Origin: Candidatus Altiarchaeota archaeon
GTDB lineage: Archaea; Altiarchaeota; Altiarchaeia; IMC4; SCGC-AAA252-I15
NCBI GenBank assembly: GCA_043800705.1
Contig: JAZDMS010000040.1
Span: forward strand, 10,378-74,377
Length of the DNA stretch: 64,000 nt
Direction of reading: 5' to 3'
The notes beneath the pieces are model-generated. The model was not told the DNA's origin, made no database searches, and saw only the letters and a list, made by a program, of their open reading frames with translations. Of the stretch, positions 47,123-57,197 are shown piece after piece. The position numbers and the translations under genes are program-made. Each line of letters begins with the position of its first letter. Position 1 is the stretch's first letter.

Positions 47123-47551
47123 ATGGCTCTGAAGGTAAAACGTGCAGCGAAACAAAAAAAGAAATATTTGAAATCCAAAGCCAAGCTCAAGAAGCCCCCG
47201 AAGAAGGCCCGGATAAGCAAGTCCGACTCCGAGCTGTCCCGCATCGGCCGCGAGCTGAGGCGGGATTCCAGGCCCGCCATGTTCCGCTCCGGGGGCTCAG
47301 AGGACAGCACGTCGAAGCTTGTCAAGCTCGACGCCGAGGCGAGGACCGACAGCATGATGTCATACTACAGGGACATGATGTTCCGCTGCGTCAAATGCGA
47401 CGGGAAATTCGACCACAAGGCGAGCCTTCCCCCGCTTGAGTACGAGCTCAAATGCCCCCACTGCAGCGAAGTGCACGTGTTGAAGTTCACGCCCGCATCA
47501 AACCTTTTCACCGTCCAGTCGAAGACCGTCGACGTCATGGAAAATGTATAA
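47123..47551 (+). CDS. Zn-ribbon protein with Lys-rich N-terminus
   Basis: CVKC...CPHC; very basic N-terminus. Confidence 0.7.
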   Translation: MALKVKRAAKQKKKYLKSKAKLKKPPKKARISKSDSELSRIGRELRRDSRPAMFRSGGSEDSTSKLVKLDAEARTDSMMSYYRDMMFRCVKCDGKFDHKASLPPLEYELKCPHCSEVHVLKFTPASNLFTVQSKTVDVMENV

Positions 47552-47554
47552 TTA

Positions 47555-47827
47555 ATGTGTGTGGTGTGGGTTGACCTATTGGAAATCATGTGACTGAAGG
47601 GCTTCTTTTTCCTGGTCTTTTTCGGGGGCGGCCTTGCGGTCGGCCTTTTGCAGAAGGTCTATCGCAGGTTGGCATTCGGGGTGATCTTCCTGGTAATCGC
47701 CTATTACCTGGAGGAGATCGCATACGGCCTGTTTTTCCTGGTGAGCACGTTCTTCTCATCCGAGCTCAAGGAAGTATTCGCCCAGCGGAAGATTACGCTT
47801 GATGGCCGCAAAAGGATCCGCATCTAG
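47555..47827 (+). pseudogene. Small membrane-protein gene interrupted by an in-frame TGA
   Basis: MCVVWVDLLEIM*LKGFFFLVFFGGG...RKRIRI*; TGA at 47591. Confidence 0.4.
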
Positions 47828-48402
47828 CCGCCACCGGTCGCCAGTATCCTGCCGCGGCTGACCTGCAGGTCAGGTCCGTTTTCGGATTCGATCGCGTATC
47901 GCGTGACGATATCGTAGGCCACGCCCGCTCCTATGAGTTTGGTCGTGTCGCATCCAGATGCGCTGAGGGATATGACCCTGCCGTTGTCGTATCCGATCCT
48001 CGCGCATTTTCTCCCAGTCTCGTTGTTTATGACCTCGATGCCTTCGATGGATATCTCCGTCTCGATAACTTTCAGGAACCTTACCTCCAGCGTCCCCCGG
48101 TCGATGTCGGCTTCGGTCCCGATCGGCTGCAGTACGTTGAATCCGCTGGCCTTCGTCCCGGAGCGTCCTGCGGAGTCGATTGTTGGGGGCGGTTCTACGT
48201 AAATGGTGGTGGTTGTCGGGGCTGCGGGGATCGGAGCCATCTGATTCTTGGCCGCGAAGCCGGTGGGCGGGTCGATGGGGGATGCCACTTGGATGCCCAG
48301 TGCGTATGCGAGGATGAACATGATGGCGAAATAGGACAATGTGAACCTGTACGGGACTCTAAGGTTGGAATAGTACGGGAACTTCGGATTCCTTGCAGGC
48401 AT
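47824..48402 (-). CDS. Membrane-anchored hypothetical protein
   Basis: One TM helix, Pro/Thr linker, extracellular domain with two Cys. Confidence 0.7.
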   Translation of the reverse strand: MPARNPKFPYYSNLRVPYRFTLSYFAIMFILAYALGIQVASPIDPPTGFAAKNQMAPIPAAPTTTTIYVEPPPTIDSAGRSGTKASGFNVLQPIGTEADIDRGTLEVRFLKVIETEISIEGIEVINNETGRKCARIGYDNGRVISLSASGCDTTKLIGAGVAYDIVTRYAIESENGPDLQVSRGRILATGGG

Positions 48403-48646
48403 AAGTTATCCCTGGAAAGACAGACATATATACTGTACAATGTTCATTTTGTCTAGGTATCAAAATAGAGTTTCGCGTTTTTTATGAGGCCAAATTCGCC
48501 GCATCGAATTTGACATACTGCGGCTTTGAAGCCGCAGCCGATATACTTTTCGAAATATAATGCCAAAATCGCGCGTAACGCATTTTGATGTTACCGAATT
48601 CGTCTGGGACGAATTCGTCATATCGCACCCTTCAGTGTGTGATATT

Positions 48647-49099
48647 TTATTCAATGAGGGGTCTGGCTGCGCACCTTCTCCACGTAGGCGGATTCTCGAA
48701 TACTGCGGTGAATCTGCTGCTCTCCCCCGGTCCAAGGCTTTCCTTCTCTATGAGCCTCATCCCGCCTGCAACCATCGTCCCTGTCTCATCCTGCAATTGG
48801 ACTGCCAGATAGAACTGTCCGGAGGAGCCGTTGCCCCTATTGGTCACGTATCCTGCGACCATCGTGTTGTTGTAGTCGTCTTCGTCGCAGCCGGCTATGA
48901 AAAGTGTCAGGTCGCGGGCGCCGGCGTGCGCTGTAATATTCGCAGGCTGGCTCGCATCAGGTAATTTGGTGTCGGCTGTTGTGGATGTCGATGTCGAGGG
49001 GAGGGGGGGCAATCCCGGGGCGGTATTCTGCCCGACCTCGCTGCCCATGCAGCCTGCGATCATCAGGAATGCCAAGAGACACATCGGCATTTTTTCCAT
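48647..49099 (-). CDS. Lipoprotein with FxLYD-like domain
   Basis: IAGC lipobox, S/T linker, G.VTN.G...L.D..G...LGPGES..F. Confidence 0.7.
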   Translation of the reverse strand: MEKMPMCLLAFLMIAGCMGSEVGQNTAPGLPPLPSTSTSTTADTKLPDASQPANITAHAGARDLTLFIAGCDEDDYNNTMVAGYVTNRGNGSSGQFYLAVQLQDETGTMVAGGMRLIEKESLGPGESSRFTAVFENPPTWRRCAARPLIE

Positions 49100-49150
49100 G
49101 ATTATTACATTTCCCAGCGGATTTATTAATTGTCATTCATAATCATTTCA

Positions 49151-50626
49151 ATGCTTCTGGAGGTCACGGCATTCGTCTGTGGGATGGCTATCATGGTCAT
49201 CGAGCTGCTCGGAGCAAGGATGATTTCCCCGTTTTTCGGCAATTCCTTCTACATATGGACCGGCGTCATCGGGGTCGTGCTTGTATCAATGACCCTCGGA
49301 TACTGGCGCGGGGGCATTCTCGCAGACCGGTCCAAGGGCCTGCGGAGCCTCTCGGAAAAGATCTTCATCGCTGGCGTGACCACCATAATACTGCCTCTGC
49401 TCGTCACATTCTTCGGCGGGCTAGGGTTCTTCTTTGGCATGCAGTGGGGCGCGGTCATAACTTCCGTATTCAGCCTCTCGATCCCGTGCTACTTCCTGGC
49501 CATGGTCTCCCCCTATTGTATCCGTCTCTCACCCAAGGATCATGAGAACATTGGGGCAGTCAGCGGAAGGCTGTATTCCATATCGACCCTTGGCAGCATA
49601 TTCGGGGTCTTCATGTCCGGGTTCATACTGCTGCCCTATTTCAAGGTGAGGGTGACCCTCTACATACTCGGCGTAGCACTCGTTCTATTGTCCGTAGGCC
49701 TATATCTCAAGGGATCCGCGCATTCCAAGCTGGACGTCGCCCAAGTGGCCGTGATGTCGGTGTCGTCGCTGGCATTCATCATCCTCCAACTCGTGTATCT
49801 TCCGCCGTTCATCCCCGACCTGCGCGGCACCAACCAGACGATCCTGAGGACGGACGAGACGAAATACAACTCCATCGCCGTAGTCGAGACGAGCATAGGC
49901 TCCGAGAGGTACCGGCTTATGTCGTTGGGCAGCCTGGTCCAGGGTGGGATAGAGGTCTCCTCGAACACCAGCTACTACCGGTATGCCGACTACCTGGAAT
50001 ACATGTGGGCCGTGAACCCCGACATACACGATGTGCTCATCATGGGCAACGGCGCCGCTGTCCTTGTAGGGAAGATCAGGGCGGAGCACCCGGAAGTCAT
50101 GGTGGATGTAGTGGACATTGACCCGGTGGTGTTCGAATACGCTTCCGAGTACTTCGGGGAGCGCGAGGACTCGCACACCCGGTTCATCGTCGATGACGCC
50201 AGGATGTACCTCAAGGGCACGAATAAGAAATACGACCTCATAGTCATGGACATATTTGGCGCCACCCATGTCATCCCGTTCCACATAGCCACGGTCGAGA
50301 TGCTGGACAGCGTATCCAGCCACCTGAATCCGAAGGGGGCCTATTTCCTGAACCTCGTGTCGAGCATCGAAGGGCCGAGGTCCATCCTGTTCAAGAGCGA
50401 GTTGAAAACATTCGGGGAGGTATTCCCCCAGAACTATGTCGTGCAGGTGAAGGGGAAGGACGCGGTCGACACGGTCCTGCTCATATCCGGGGGACAGGAC
50501 TATCCCGGGGAGCGGCTGAGATCGATCGACAACCTGACCGGCCGGCTGTTCGAGTCATCCCACTATGACCTTTCCGATGGCATTATACTGACGGACGAAT
50601 ACGCCCCTGTTGAAGCGATGCTCTAG
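49151..50626 (+). CDS. Fused membrane domain / spermidine synthase-like methyltransferase
   Basis: MVIEL.G.R..SPFFG, G.LYS.STLGS, VDIDP, DDAR, YDLIVMD and LTDEYAPVE motifs. Confidence 0.85.
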   Translation: MLLEVTAFVCGMAIMVIELLGARMISPFFGNSFYIWTGVIGVVLVSMTLGYWRGGILADRSKGLRSLSEKIFIAGVTTIILPLLVTFFGGLGFFFGMQWGAVITSVFSLSIPCYFLAMVSPYCIRLSPKDHENIGAVSGRLYSISTLGSIFGVFMSGFILLPYFKVRVTLYILGVALVLLSVGLYLKGSAHSKLDVAQVAVMSVSSLAFIILQLVYLPPFIPDLRGTNQTILRTDETKYNSIAVVETSIGSERYRLMSLGSLVQGGIEVSSNTSYYRYADYLEYMWAVNPDIHDVLIMGNGAAVLVGKIRAEHPEVMVDVVDIDPVVFEYASEYFGEREDSHTRFIVDDARMYLKGTNKKYDLIVMDIFGATHVIPFHIATVEMLDSVSSHLNPKGAYFLNLVSSIEGPRSILFKSELKTFGEVFPQNYVVQVKGKDAVDTVLLISGGQDYPGERLRSIDNLTGRLFESSHYDLSDGIILTDEYAPVEAML

Positions 50627-52008
50627 TACGTCTTGGCAACGTGGATTCCGTGCCCCTTCTTCCCGCAGACGACGCAGGTCCCGTCATCTTCGGAGACAGA
50701 CAGTATCGTCCCCTCCTCCTCTATCGGTTTTGCGCATTCTTTGTTCCCGCACCAGCCGACCTTGACTATCCCCCCCCCGACTAGGTCCTTGAACTTCGGC
50801 AGCGTGTCGGCCTCGCAGATCCTCTCGTCAAATCTCTTCTGCGCCTTGGACCGCATGTTGGACTCTATGTCCGAGAACACGGCCTGCAGGTCGAGATCCT
50901 TCACTGGAACGCCTCTCTTTTCGCCAGTGTCCCTTCTTACAAGCATCACCTTGCCTTCTTTGATGTCCCTGGGGCCGACCTCGATACGAAGAGGGACGCC
51001 TTTCTGCTCCCACTTGAAGAATTTTGCTCCCGGGCGCTCATCGCCTGCGTCGACCTTGACCCTGTAACCCCCCGACTTCAGCGTTTTCTCAAGCTCTTCG
51101 ACGTGGGCCATGACATCGGCCTTGTCGGCGTCCTTGAACACTATCGGTATTATCACCGCCTGTACCGGCGCGACCCTTGGGGGCAGTATCATCCCCTTTT
51201 CGTCCCCGTGGACCGAAACGACTGCGGCAAGGAGCCTGCCGAATCCGGGCCCGTATGACGTCTGCCAGACGTGCTTTTTCTGCCCCTTCTCGTCGTCATA
51301 CTCTATCCCGAAGACCTTGCTGAAGTGCTGGCCGAGGTTGTGGACAGTCGCGACCTGCAGCGTCCTTCCGTCCGGCATCATCGTGTCGAAAGCGACCGTG
51401 AACTCGGCTCCCGGGAACTTGTCCCAGTCGGGCCTCTGGTTCACCATGACCGGCAGGCACAGTAGGCCGTTTATCATCTGGCTATATATGCCCTTAACGG
51501 TCTTCACGTTCTCCAGGGCCTCCTGCCTCGTCGCGAAGGCGGTGTGGCCCTCGTTCCAGTAGAATTCCCTGCTTCTGATGAGCGGCCTCGTCTGCTTCGT
51601 CTCGCAGCGGTAGACCGTCACCGTCTGGTGGACCTTTATCGGCAGGTCTTGGTGGGTCCTGGTCCATAGGGCGAACATCGGATACATGCACGTCTCGCTC
51701 GTCGGGCGCAGGGCAAGCCTCCGCTCCAGCGGCGTCTTCCCGCCGTGGGTGACCCAGTAGACCTGGTCCTCGAAGCCTGCTATGTGTTCTGCCTCCTTCA
51801 TGAGGAGGTTCTCGGGTATAAGCAAGGGGAACAGTGTCGGTTCGTGGCCGTCCTTCTCGAGTTCGGCCTCAAGGAACCTTGACATCTCCCTAATGATCCG
51901 CATCCCGTCGCCGCGGTAGACGAGCATCCCCTTGACGTCGTATCTGTCGTCGACGAGTTTGTTCTCCGAGAGCATCCGCCGGTACCATTCCCCAAAATCC
52001 TCTTCCAT
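50623..52008 (-). CDS. proS: Proline--tRNA ligase (archaeal/eukaryal type)
   Basis: RPTSET, YRCETK.TRPLIR.REF, HNLGQ.FS, GVPLRIEVGPRD, C-terminal Y. Confidence 0.97.
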   Translation of the reverse strand: MEEDFGEWYRRMLSENKLVDDRYDVKGMLVYRGDGMRIIREMSRFLEAELEKDGHEPTLFPLLIPENLLMKEAEHIAGFEDQVYWVTHGGKTPLERRLALRPTSETCMYPMFALWTRTHQDLPIKVHQTVTVYRCETKQTRPLIRSREFYWNEGHTAFATRQEALENVKTVKGIYSQMINGLLCLPVMVNQRPDWDKFPGAEFTVAFDTMMPDGRTLQVATVHNLGQHFSKVFGIEYDDEKGQKKHVWQTSYGPGFGRLLAAVVSVHGDEKGMILPPRVAPVQAVIIPIVFKDADKADVMAHVEELEKTLKSGGYRVKVDAGDERPGAKFFKWEQKGVPLRIEVGPRDIKEGKVMLVRRDTGEKRGVPVKDLDLQAVFSDIESNMRSKAQKRFDERICEADTLPKFKDLVGGGIVKVGWCGNKECAKPIEEEGTILSVSEDDGTCVVCGKKGHGIHVAKTY

Positions 52009-52112
52009 TACAAGGAGATATTAGAACCTGTGCGATAAAAACAAGCGGACGGCCCGCCTGCATGCACTCCTTTCCAGCCTTTAAATACCGTCGCGTGGAT
52101 AGTTTATATCCT

Positions 52113-53102
52113 ATGGATATCCGGCAGCTCATGAAGGAGAAATCGTCCGCGGTCGAACCCTATCTGCGGGAATATGCGAAGATGGGGGACAGCAAGATCC
52201 AGGAGATGATCCTCCACCCGATCGAAGCCGGCGGAAAACGCATACGGCCCTTCCTGACCCTCTTGGCATGCGAGGCCGTAGGCGGCGACCCTAAACTGGC
52301 GCTCCCCGCAGCGGCGTCGGTGGAGCTTCTGCACACGTTCACCCTCGTACACGACGACCTCATGGACCACGACCTTGAACGTCGCGGGAGGCCTACCGTC
52401 CACAGCATATGGGGGGAGGAGATGGGCATCATAGTCGGCGACACACTCTATTCAAGCTCGTTCAAGGCTCTGGTCGACACGCGGAAGAAGGGCGTGCCTG
52501 CCGACAGGGTGCTCGATGCCGTCGACGTCCTGGTAGCGGCTAACGGAGACCTTCAGGAGGGGCAGATCATGGACATGCTCTTCGAAGACAGGGGGACCGT
52601 CGGCGAGGACGAATACATGGAGATGGTGCGCAAGAAGACCGGAGTCCTCATAGAGGCCGCTGTCAAGATCGGCTGCATAGTCGGCGGCGGCTCGCCCACG
52701 GAGCTTCAGGCCCTTTCGGTATATGGAAACAACATCGGCGTCTCGTTCCAGATAAAGGACGACGTACTCGACCTCACGGCAAACCAGAAGGAGCTTGGCA
52801 AGCCTATCGGCTCGGACATCAGGAAAGGCAAGAAGACCCTGGTAATCGTCCACGCCCTGGAGCATGGGGGGCGGAAAGACAAAAAAACCATCCTAAAGAC
52901 GCTCGGCAAGGAGAAAGCGAAGGCCGCCGACGTGAAGAAGGTCATAGAGGCCCTTAAGAGGACCGGCTCCATCGACTACGCAGAGCGGAAGGTCCAGGAG
53001 CTTATAGACGAGTCGAAGAATGCCCTGAACGTATTGCCGGACTCCGAGGCAAGGAAGGCGCTTGCCCTGCTCGCGGACTATCTCATCGAAAGGAGGATGT
53101 AA
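52113..53102 (+). CDS. idsA: Geranylgeranyl diphosphate synthase
   Basis: GGKRIRP, HDDLMD, GQ.MD, KTG and FQIKDD motifs. Confidence 0.93.
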   Translation: MDIRQLMKEKSSAVEPYLREYAKMGDSKIQEMILHPIEAGGKRIRPFLTLLACEAVGGDPKLALPAAASVELLHTFTLVHDDLMDHDLERRGRPTVHSIWGEEMGIIVGDTLYSSSFKALVDTRKKGVPADRVLDAVDVLVAANGDLQEGQIMDMLFEDRGTVGEDEYMEMVRKKTGVLIEAAVKIGCIVGGGSPTELQALSVYGNNIGVSFQIKDDVLDLTANQKELGKPIGSDIRKGKKTLVIVHALEHGGRKDKKTILKTLGKEKAKAADVKKVIEALKRTGSIDYAERKVQELIDESKNALNVLPDSEARKALALLADYLIERRM

Positions 53103-54091
53103 TGATGAAGGCACGAAAGACCGATCACCTCAGGATCTCGGCAAAGGAGGACGTGGAAGCCGGCGACAGCGGACTTGGGCGGATACGCCTCCAGCACAAG
53201 GCGTCGCCTCAGATGAGGTTCGCCGACGTCGACACGACGGTCAGGTTCCTCGGGAAAGACATGGCATTCCCCCTCATATTCGAAGCGATAACGGGCGGCA
53301 CCCCCGAAGCCGGAAAGATCAACAGGACGCTCGCGAAAGTCGCCCAAAAACACGGCCTCGGGATGGGAGTCGGCAGCCAGAGGGCTGCGATAGAGGATCC
53401 GAAGCTCGCATCGACGTACCAGGTGCGCGAGCTGGCCCCCGACATACTCCTCCTAGGCAACCTGGGAGCAGTCCAACTCAACTACGGCTACGGCCTGGAG
53501 GAATGCAAGGCCGCCGTCGAAATGCTTCAGGCAGACGCGCTCGCCCTCCACCTGAATCCCCTGCAGGAGGCGGTGCAGCCCGAAGGCGACACCGACTTCC
53601 GGGGCATCATAGGGAAGATCAACAAGGCGGCAGCTGGCATGCGCACTCCGGTAATCGCGAAGGAAGTGGGATGCGGGCTCGACTACGACACCGCCAAGGC
53701 GCTGAAGGTCGCCGCCTACGACTGCGGAGGCCTGGGCGGCACCTCATGGAGCCTCGTCGAAAGCTACCGGAACCCGAGCCTCATGGGAGAAGTCGGGGCC
53801 CTATACTCTGACTGGGGCATACCCACTGCCGAGGCGGTCGCCGAACTTTCCCGGCTGAAGAAGCCTCTCATAGCATCCGGCGGGGTTAGAACCGGCCTCG
53901 ACGGCGCAAAATGCGTCGCATTGGGGGCGAACGTCGTCGGCGTCGCGCTCCCCGTCCTCCGGGCATATTACTCAGGCGGGCAGAAGGCCGTGGACAGGTT
54001 CGCTGAGAGATTCATAGCCGAGTTCAAGACGGCGATGTTCCTGACCGGCTCATCAAAGGTGTCAGATCTGACCGGCAGGGTGCGCCGATGA
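53102..54091 (+). CDS. fni: Type 2 isopentenyl-diphosphate isomerase
   Basis: RK.DH, ITGG, GVGSQR, HLNPLQE.VQPEGD, KEVG.G, GGTSW and SGGVR motifs. Confidence 0.95.
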   Translation: MMKARKTDHLRISAKEDVEAGDSGLGRIRLQHKASPQMRFADVDTTVRFLGKDMAFPLIFEAITGGTPEAGKINRTLAKVAQKHGLGMGVGSQRAAIEDPKLASTYQVRELAPDILLLGNLGAVQLNYGYGLEECKAAVEMLQADALALHLNPLQEAVQPEGDTDFRGIIGKINKAAAGMRTPVIAKEVGCGLDYDTAKALKVAAYDCGGLGGTSWSLVESYRNPSLMGEVGALYSDWGIPTAEAVAELSRLKKPLIASGGVRTGLDGAKCVALGANVVGVALPVLRAYYSGGQKAVDRFAERFIAEFKTAMFLTGSSKVSDLTGRVRR

Positions 54092-54309
54092 AAGACATAG
54101 TCATGGTCAGGGTCGGAAAGAACGGCGTAACCCCAGCCCTGATCGAGGAGATAATATCGGTCTTGAAGAAGCACAAGAAAATCAAGATCAAGATGCTGAA
54201 GTCCTCCCTCGAAGGCGCCGACAAGCACGAACAGGCAGAAGACATCAGAAGGATGTGCAAAGCCAAGAGGGCGAGCCTACTCGGGCACACGATAACGCTG
54301 GAACAGTGA
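54088..54309 (+). CDS. YhbY/CRM-domain RNA-binding protein
   Basis: VRVGKNGVT..LIEEI...LKKH..IKIK...G...L. Confidence 0.85.
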   Translation: MKDIVMVRVGKNGVTPALIEEIISVLKKHKKIKIKMLKSSLEGADKHEQAEDIRRMCKAKRASLLGHTITLEQ

Positions 54310-54311
54310 CG

Positions 54312-55316
54312 TCACCTGTCCTCTTTAGCCAATTCCCTGTTTGGCTTGACCTCGCGCGGATCTGATATGGTGAACGTGAACATCCTCGGTTTACCCGTCT
54401 TGGGGTCAATCGCCTCGATGCGGTGGTACTTCCCCATGTCGTCGAACGGCTGATGTTTGCCTCCCTTGGCGAACCTGCGAAACTCCTCCTCACTCTCCTG
54501 TGCAAAGCCGAATCCGGCATTGGCCCATGGGCTAGTCTCATCCGTCGCCTCGGACTCGTATCCCAGCCTCTTGAATATCACCCCAAACTGCGCGAGGCCG
54601 ACAAATATGTGCGGCTCCCCTGGCGGATGCCTGGCCCTCTGCTTCCGCTCGGTCTTCGAGACCATCTTCAGCGACAGGCCGTATCCCCTATACTCATGGT
54701 CCGCAATAGCCATATGGCCGAGGTCGTCGGTTCTGTAGAAAAATGAGTTCACCTGGCTTTGTCCGCCTATATCCTTCTCGACCCAGTACTCTTCATGGAC
54801 GGATTTCGGCCTTTCATTGCCGACCTGTTCCCTCCGGGTCGTCTTGAATCTCTCAAGGCGGAAAAGCTCAAGCTGGTCCGGCCCCCATCTGCTCTTCGGC
54901 CAGGTCCTGGCCACAACGTAGCCTTTGCCTGGGATCTTGTATACCCCCTGTAATGCCTGGAAATCCCCATTCTCGCAGCGTGAGGAAAGAAGCAGAGGCA
55001 GTTCGATGACTGTGTCGCCGTCTCGGAAGACCATTCGCCCCCGCTTAATGGCTTCCTGCCTCTCATCAAGGCTTCCGATGCGGATCGGCTGGGCCTTCGG
55101 TTTGACCCAATCCCTTCCCGCCATCAGCTGTTCCCGCATCAGCTGCTTCTTAATCTGCTCTTTTTCCCATCTGGTCTGGACGCCTTGGAACTGCTCTTTT
55201 CGGGCCTGCACGAGGAGATATGGGATGCCGCGAAATTTATATTGCCTGTAAGGCCATGGCGTCGCTGGGCGGGCGATATAAAGGCGCCAACCCAATTCTT
55301 TAATGATGGCGCTCAA
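54312..55316 (-). CDS. Hypothetical protein (start uncertain)
   Basis: 334-aa open frame; no recognisable motif. Confidence 0.55.
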   Translation of the reverse strand: MSAIIKELGWRLYIARPATPWPYRQYKFRGIPYLLVQARKEQFQGVQTRWEKEQIKKQLMREQLMAGRDWVKPKAQPIRIGSLDERQEAIKRGRMVFRDGDTVIELPLLLSSRCENGDFQALQGVYKIPGKGYVVARTWPKSRWGPDQLELFRLERFKTTRREQVGNERPKSVHEEYWVEKDIGGQSQVNSFFYRTDDLGHMAIADHEYRGYGLSLKMVSKTERKQRARHPPGEPHIFVGLAQFGVIFKRLGYESEATDETSPWANAGFGFAQESEEEFRRFAKGGKHQPFDDMGKYHRIEAIDPKTGKPRMFTFTISDPREVKPNRELAKEDR

Positions 55317-56223
55317 GCGGATTCCCGCCAGGCAGGTGTCTGCGGACCATAGGCTATTGGATCAGTTGGAGGATAACAGGGTCTATTCGGACAGCATAAA
55401 TGTTGGTGGAGCCGATGTCAGATTCTTGGGGGTTTTGCACGGCACTTCGAAAAACAACATGGGCAATAACACCGAAAAGGCAGTCGATTACATAGCGAGG
55501 GCGAATGATGGACTTTTGTTTGTCGAAAGCTCGGTACTTGAGACTTCCGGACTATTTCGCAAACACATGGCACGGATAGTCCCAATAGACCGGGTGGATT
55601 CGATCTTTTCCCTGACCTTCGATGAGACGCGGACTGTGAAGCGGTTGCCTACGTATCGCCGGCTTGACCCCGACGAGATCGTGCAGAGGGTCAACAAGCT
55701 CCCTTTCGACCCTGCTGAAGGGGGCGTGGCCGTCGTCGAAGGGAGGTATCCTTCGCGCAGATACGGAAAATCCGCGACCCTGGCGAGGGAATGGGAGAGT
55801 ATTAATGCGGAGAACAAGGCACGGTTGTCATCCAACGGTCGGAGACAGCTGGATGATGAGGACTTTTTCCAGGGCATCAAGCTAGACGACCGGGGAAGGA
55901 GCCTCCTCATGGCTGCGGAGGTCCTCTGCGGATTGGAAGAAAAGAATCCTACTGAGGCGCTGGTTGTTCAGGGCATGTACCACATGTCCGACACCATGCA
56001 CTTCATCGAGTGCCCCGAGGTTGCTGTGAGGTACATTGACCTGATGCAGCGAGGATTTGAGCGAATCATTGGCGATGAAATCCCAGAATCCAGCAAGCCC
56101 AGTTTCTACGCTGACAAGGATGATTTTGAAAAGGAGGATTATAAGAGGCGGGTTGTGGGATTCCTAAAAGACCTCGAGAAGGCAAGGGCGGCGTTCGAGA
56201 GGCGGATAAAAGACACGCCCTAG
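55303..56223 (+). CDS. Hypothetical protein
   Basis: 306 aa; FLGVLHG, VE, R..LMA and VQG.YH recall TraB/GumN-like metal motifs. Confidence 0.55.
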   Translation: MMALKRIPARQVSADHRLLDQLEDNRVYSDSINVGGADVRFLGVLHGTSKNNMGNNTEKAVDYIARANDGLLFVESSVLETSGLFRKHMARIVPIDRVDSIFSLTFDETRTVKRLPTYRRLDPDEIVQRVNKLPFDPAEGGVAVVEGRYPSRRYGKSATLAREWESINAENKARLSSNGRRQLDDEDFFQGIKLDDRGRSLLMAAEVLCGLEEKNPTEALVVQGMYHMSDTMHFIECPEVAVRYIDLMQRGFERIIGDEIPESSKPSFYADKDDFEKEDYKRRVVGFLKDLEKARAAFERRIKDTP

Positions 56224-57197
56224 AGCCTGTCCGCAATCTCCAGTATGTCTCCGAGTATCGCGCTCGAGGTCTCCTTCGGCCCCGCCCCGGCTCCTATGAG
56301 TGTTATGTCTCCCGCGGTGTCGGCCTCTACGAGGACCGCGTTCAGGTTGCCCGGGACGTTCAGGGGGTGCTCTACGGGAATCATCCTGGGGCTCACTTCT
56401 GCTGCCGCGACGTCTCCGACGAGCTTGATCGCATACCCGTAGTCTTTGGCCAGCTCTAACGCCTCCGGGGTGACTCCTTCGATGCCCGTCACCTTAAGGT
56501 CCTTGAGCTTCAAGTCCCTGCCCATGATAGAGTTGGCGAGTATTATCACCTTCGCGGCGGTGTCTATCCCCTTGATGTCGTAGTCGGGGTTGGATTCGGC
56601 GAAGCCGAGGTTCTGCGCCTCCTTGAGCGCCGTCTTGAAGTCGACGCCTTCCTCGCTCATCTTCCAGAGTATGAAGTTCGTCGTCCCATTGAATATGCCG
56701 TAGATGTTCCTGATGCCGTTGGCTTTGAGCTCGCTGGTGCAGGTGTTGATGACCGGTATGGCCCCCCCTACAGTTGCCTCGAACCTCAACTGGACTCCCA
56801 TCTCCTTAGCCAGTGCCGCAAGCTCCCCATAGGCGATGATGAGCGGGCTCTTGTTGGATGTGGCAACATTCTTCCTGGCATTCAAAGCGGCCCTGATGTG
56901 GCTAAGGCCAGGTTCGCCGGTGTTCATATTCCCCGGCGTCAGCTCGACGACGATGTCTGCGTCGACGTCCCTTATCGCATCCAGTGTCTTCTTCTCCTCC
57001 CACTTCAGCCTCCCCTCTACAAGCTTTTTCAGGTCCAGTCCGCCATCGTCGATGGCGCACCCCTTGAGCTCGCAGACCGCGACCACCTTTATGTCGTAGC
57101 CTAGCGCCTTCAGGTGCTGGGCCTTGTCAAGAAGCGTCTGGGCCAGTCCCTTTCCGATGATGCCGAACCCGACTATCATAATCCTTACGGCCTTCAT
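56220..57197 (-). CDS. hom: Homoserine dehydrogenase
   Basis: GFGIIG, VELT, TSNK, FEATVGGAIP, NGTTNFIL and GAGAG..ET motifs. Confidence 0.95.
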   Translation of the reverse strand: MKAVRIMIVGFGIIGKGLAQTLLDKAQHLKALGYDIKVVAVCELKGCAIDDGGLDLKKLVEGRLKWEEKKTLDAIRDVDADIVVELTPGNMNTGEPGLSHIRAALNARKNVATSNKSPLIIAYGELAALAKEMGVQLRFEATVGGAIPVINTCTSELKANGIRNIYGIFNGTTNFILWKMSEEGVDFKTALKEAQNLGFAESNPDYDIKGIDTAAKVIILANSIMGRDLKLKDLKVTGIEGVTPEALELAKDYGYAIKLVGDVAAAEVSPRMIPVEHPLNVPGNLNAVLVEADTAGDITLIGAGAGPKETSSAILGDILEIADRL

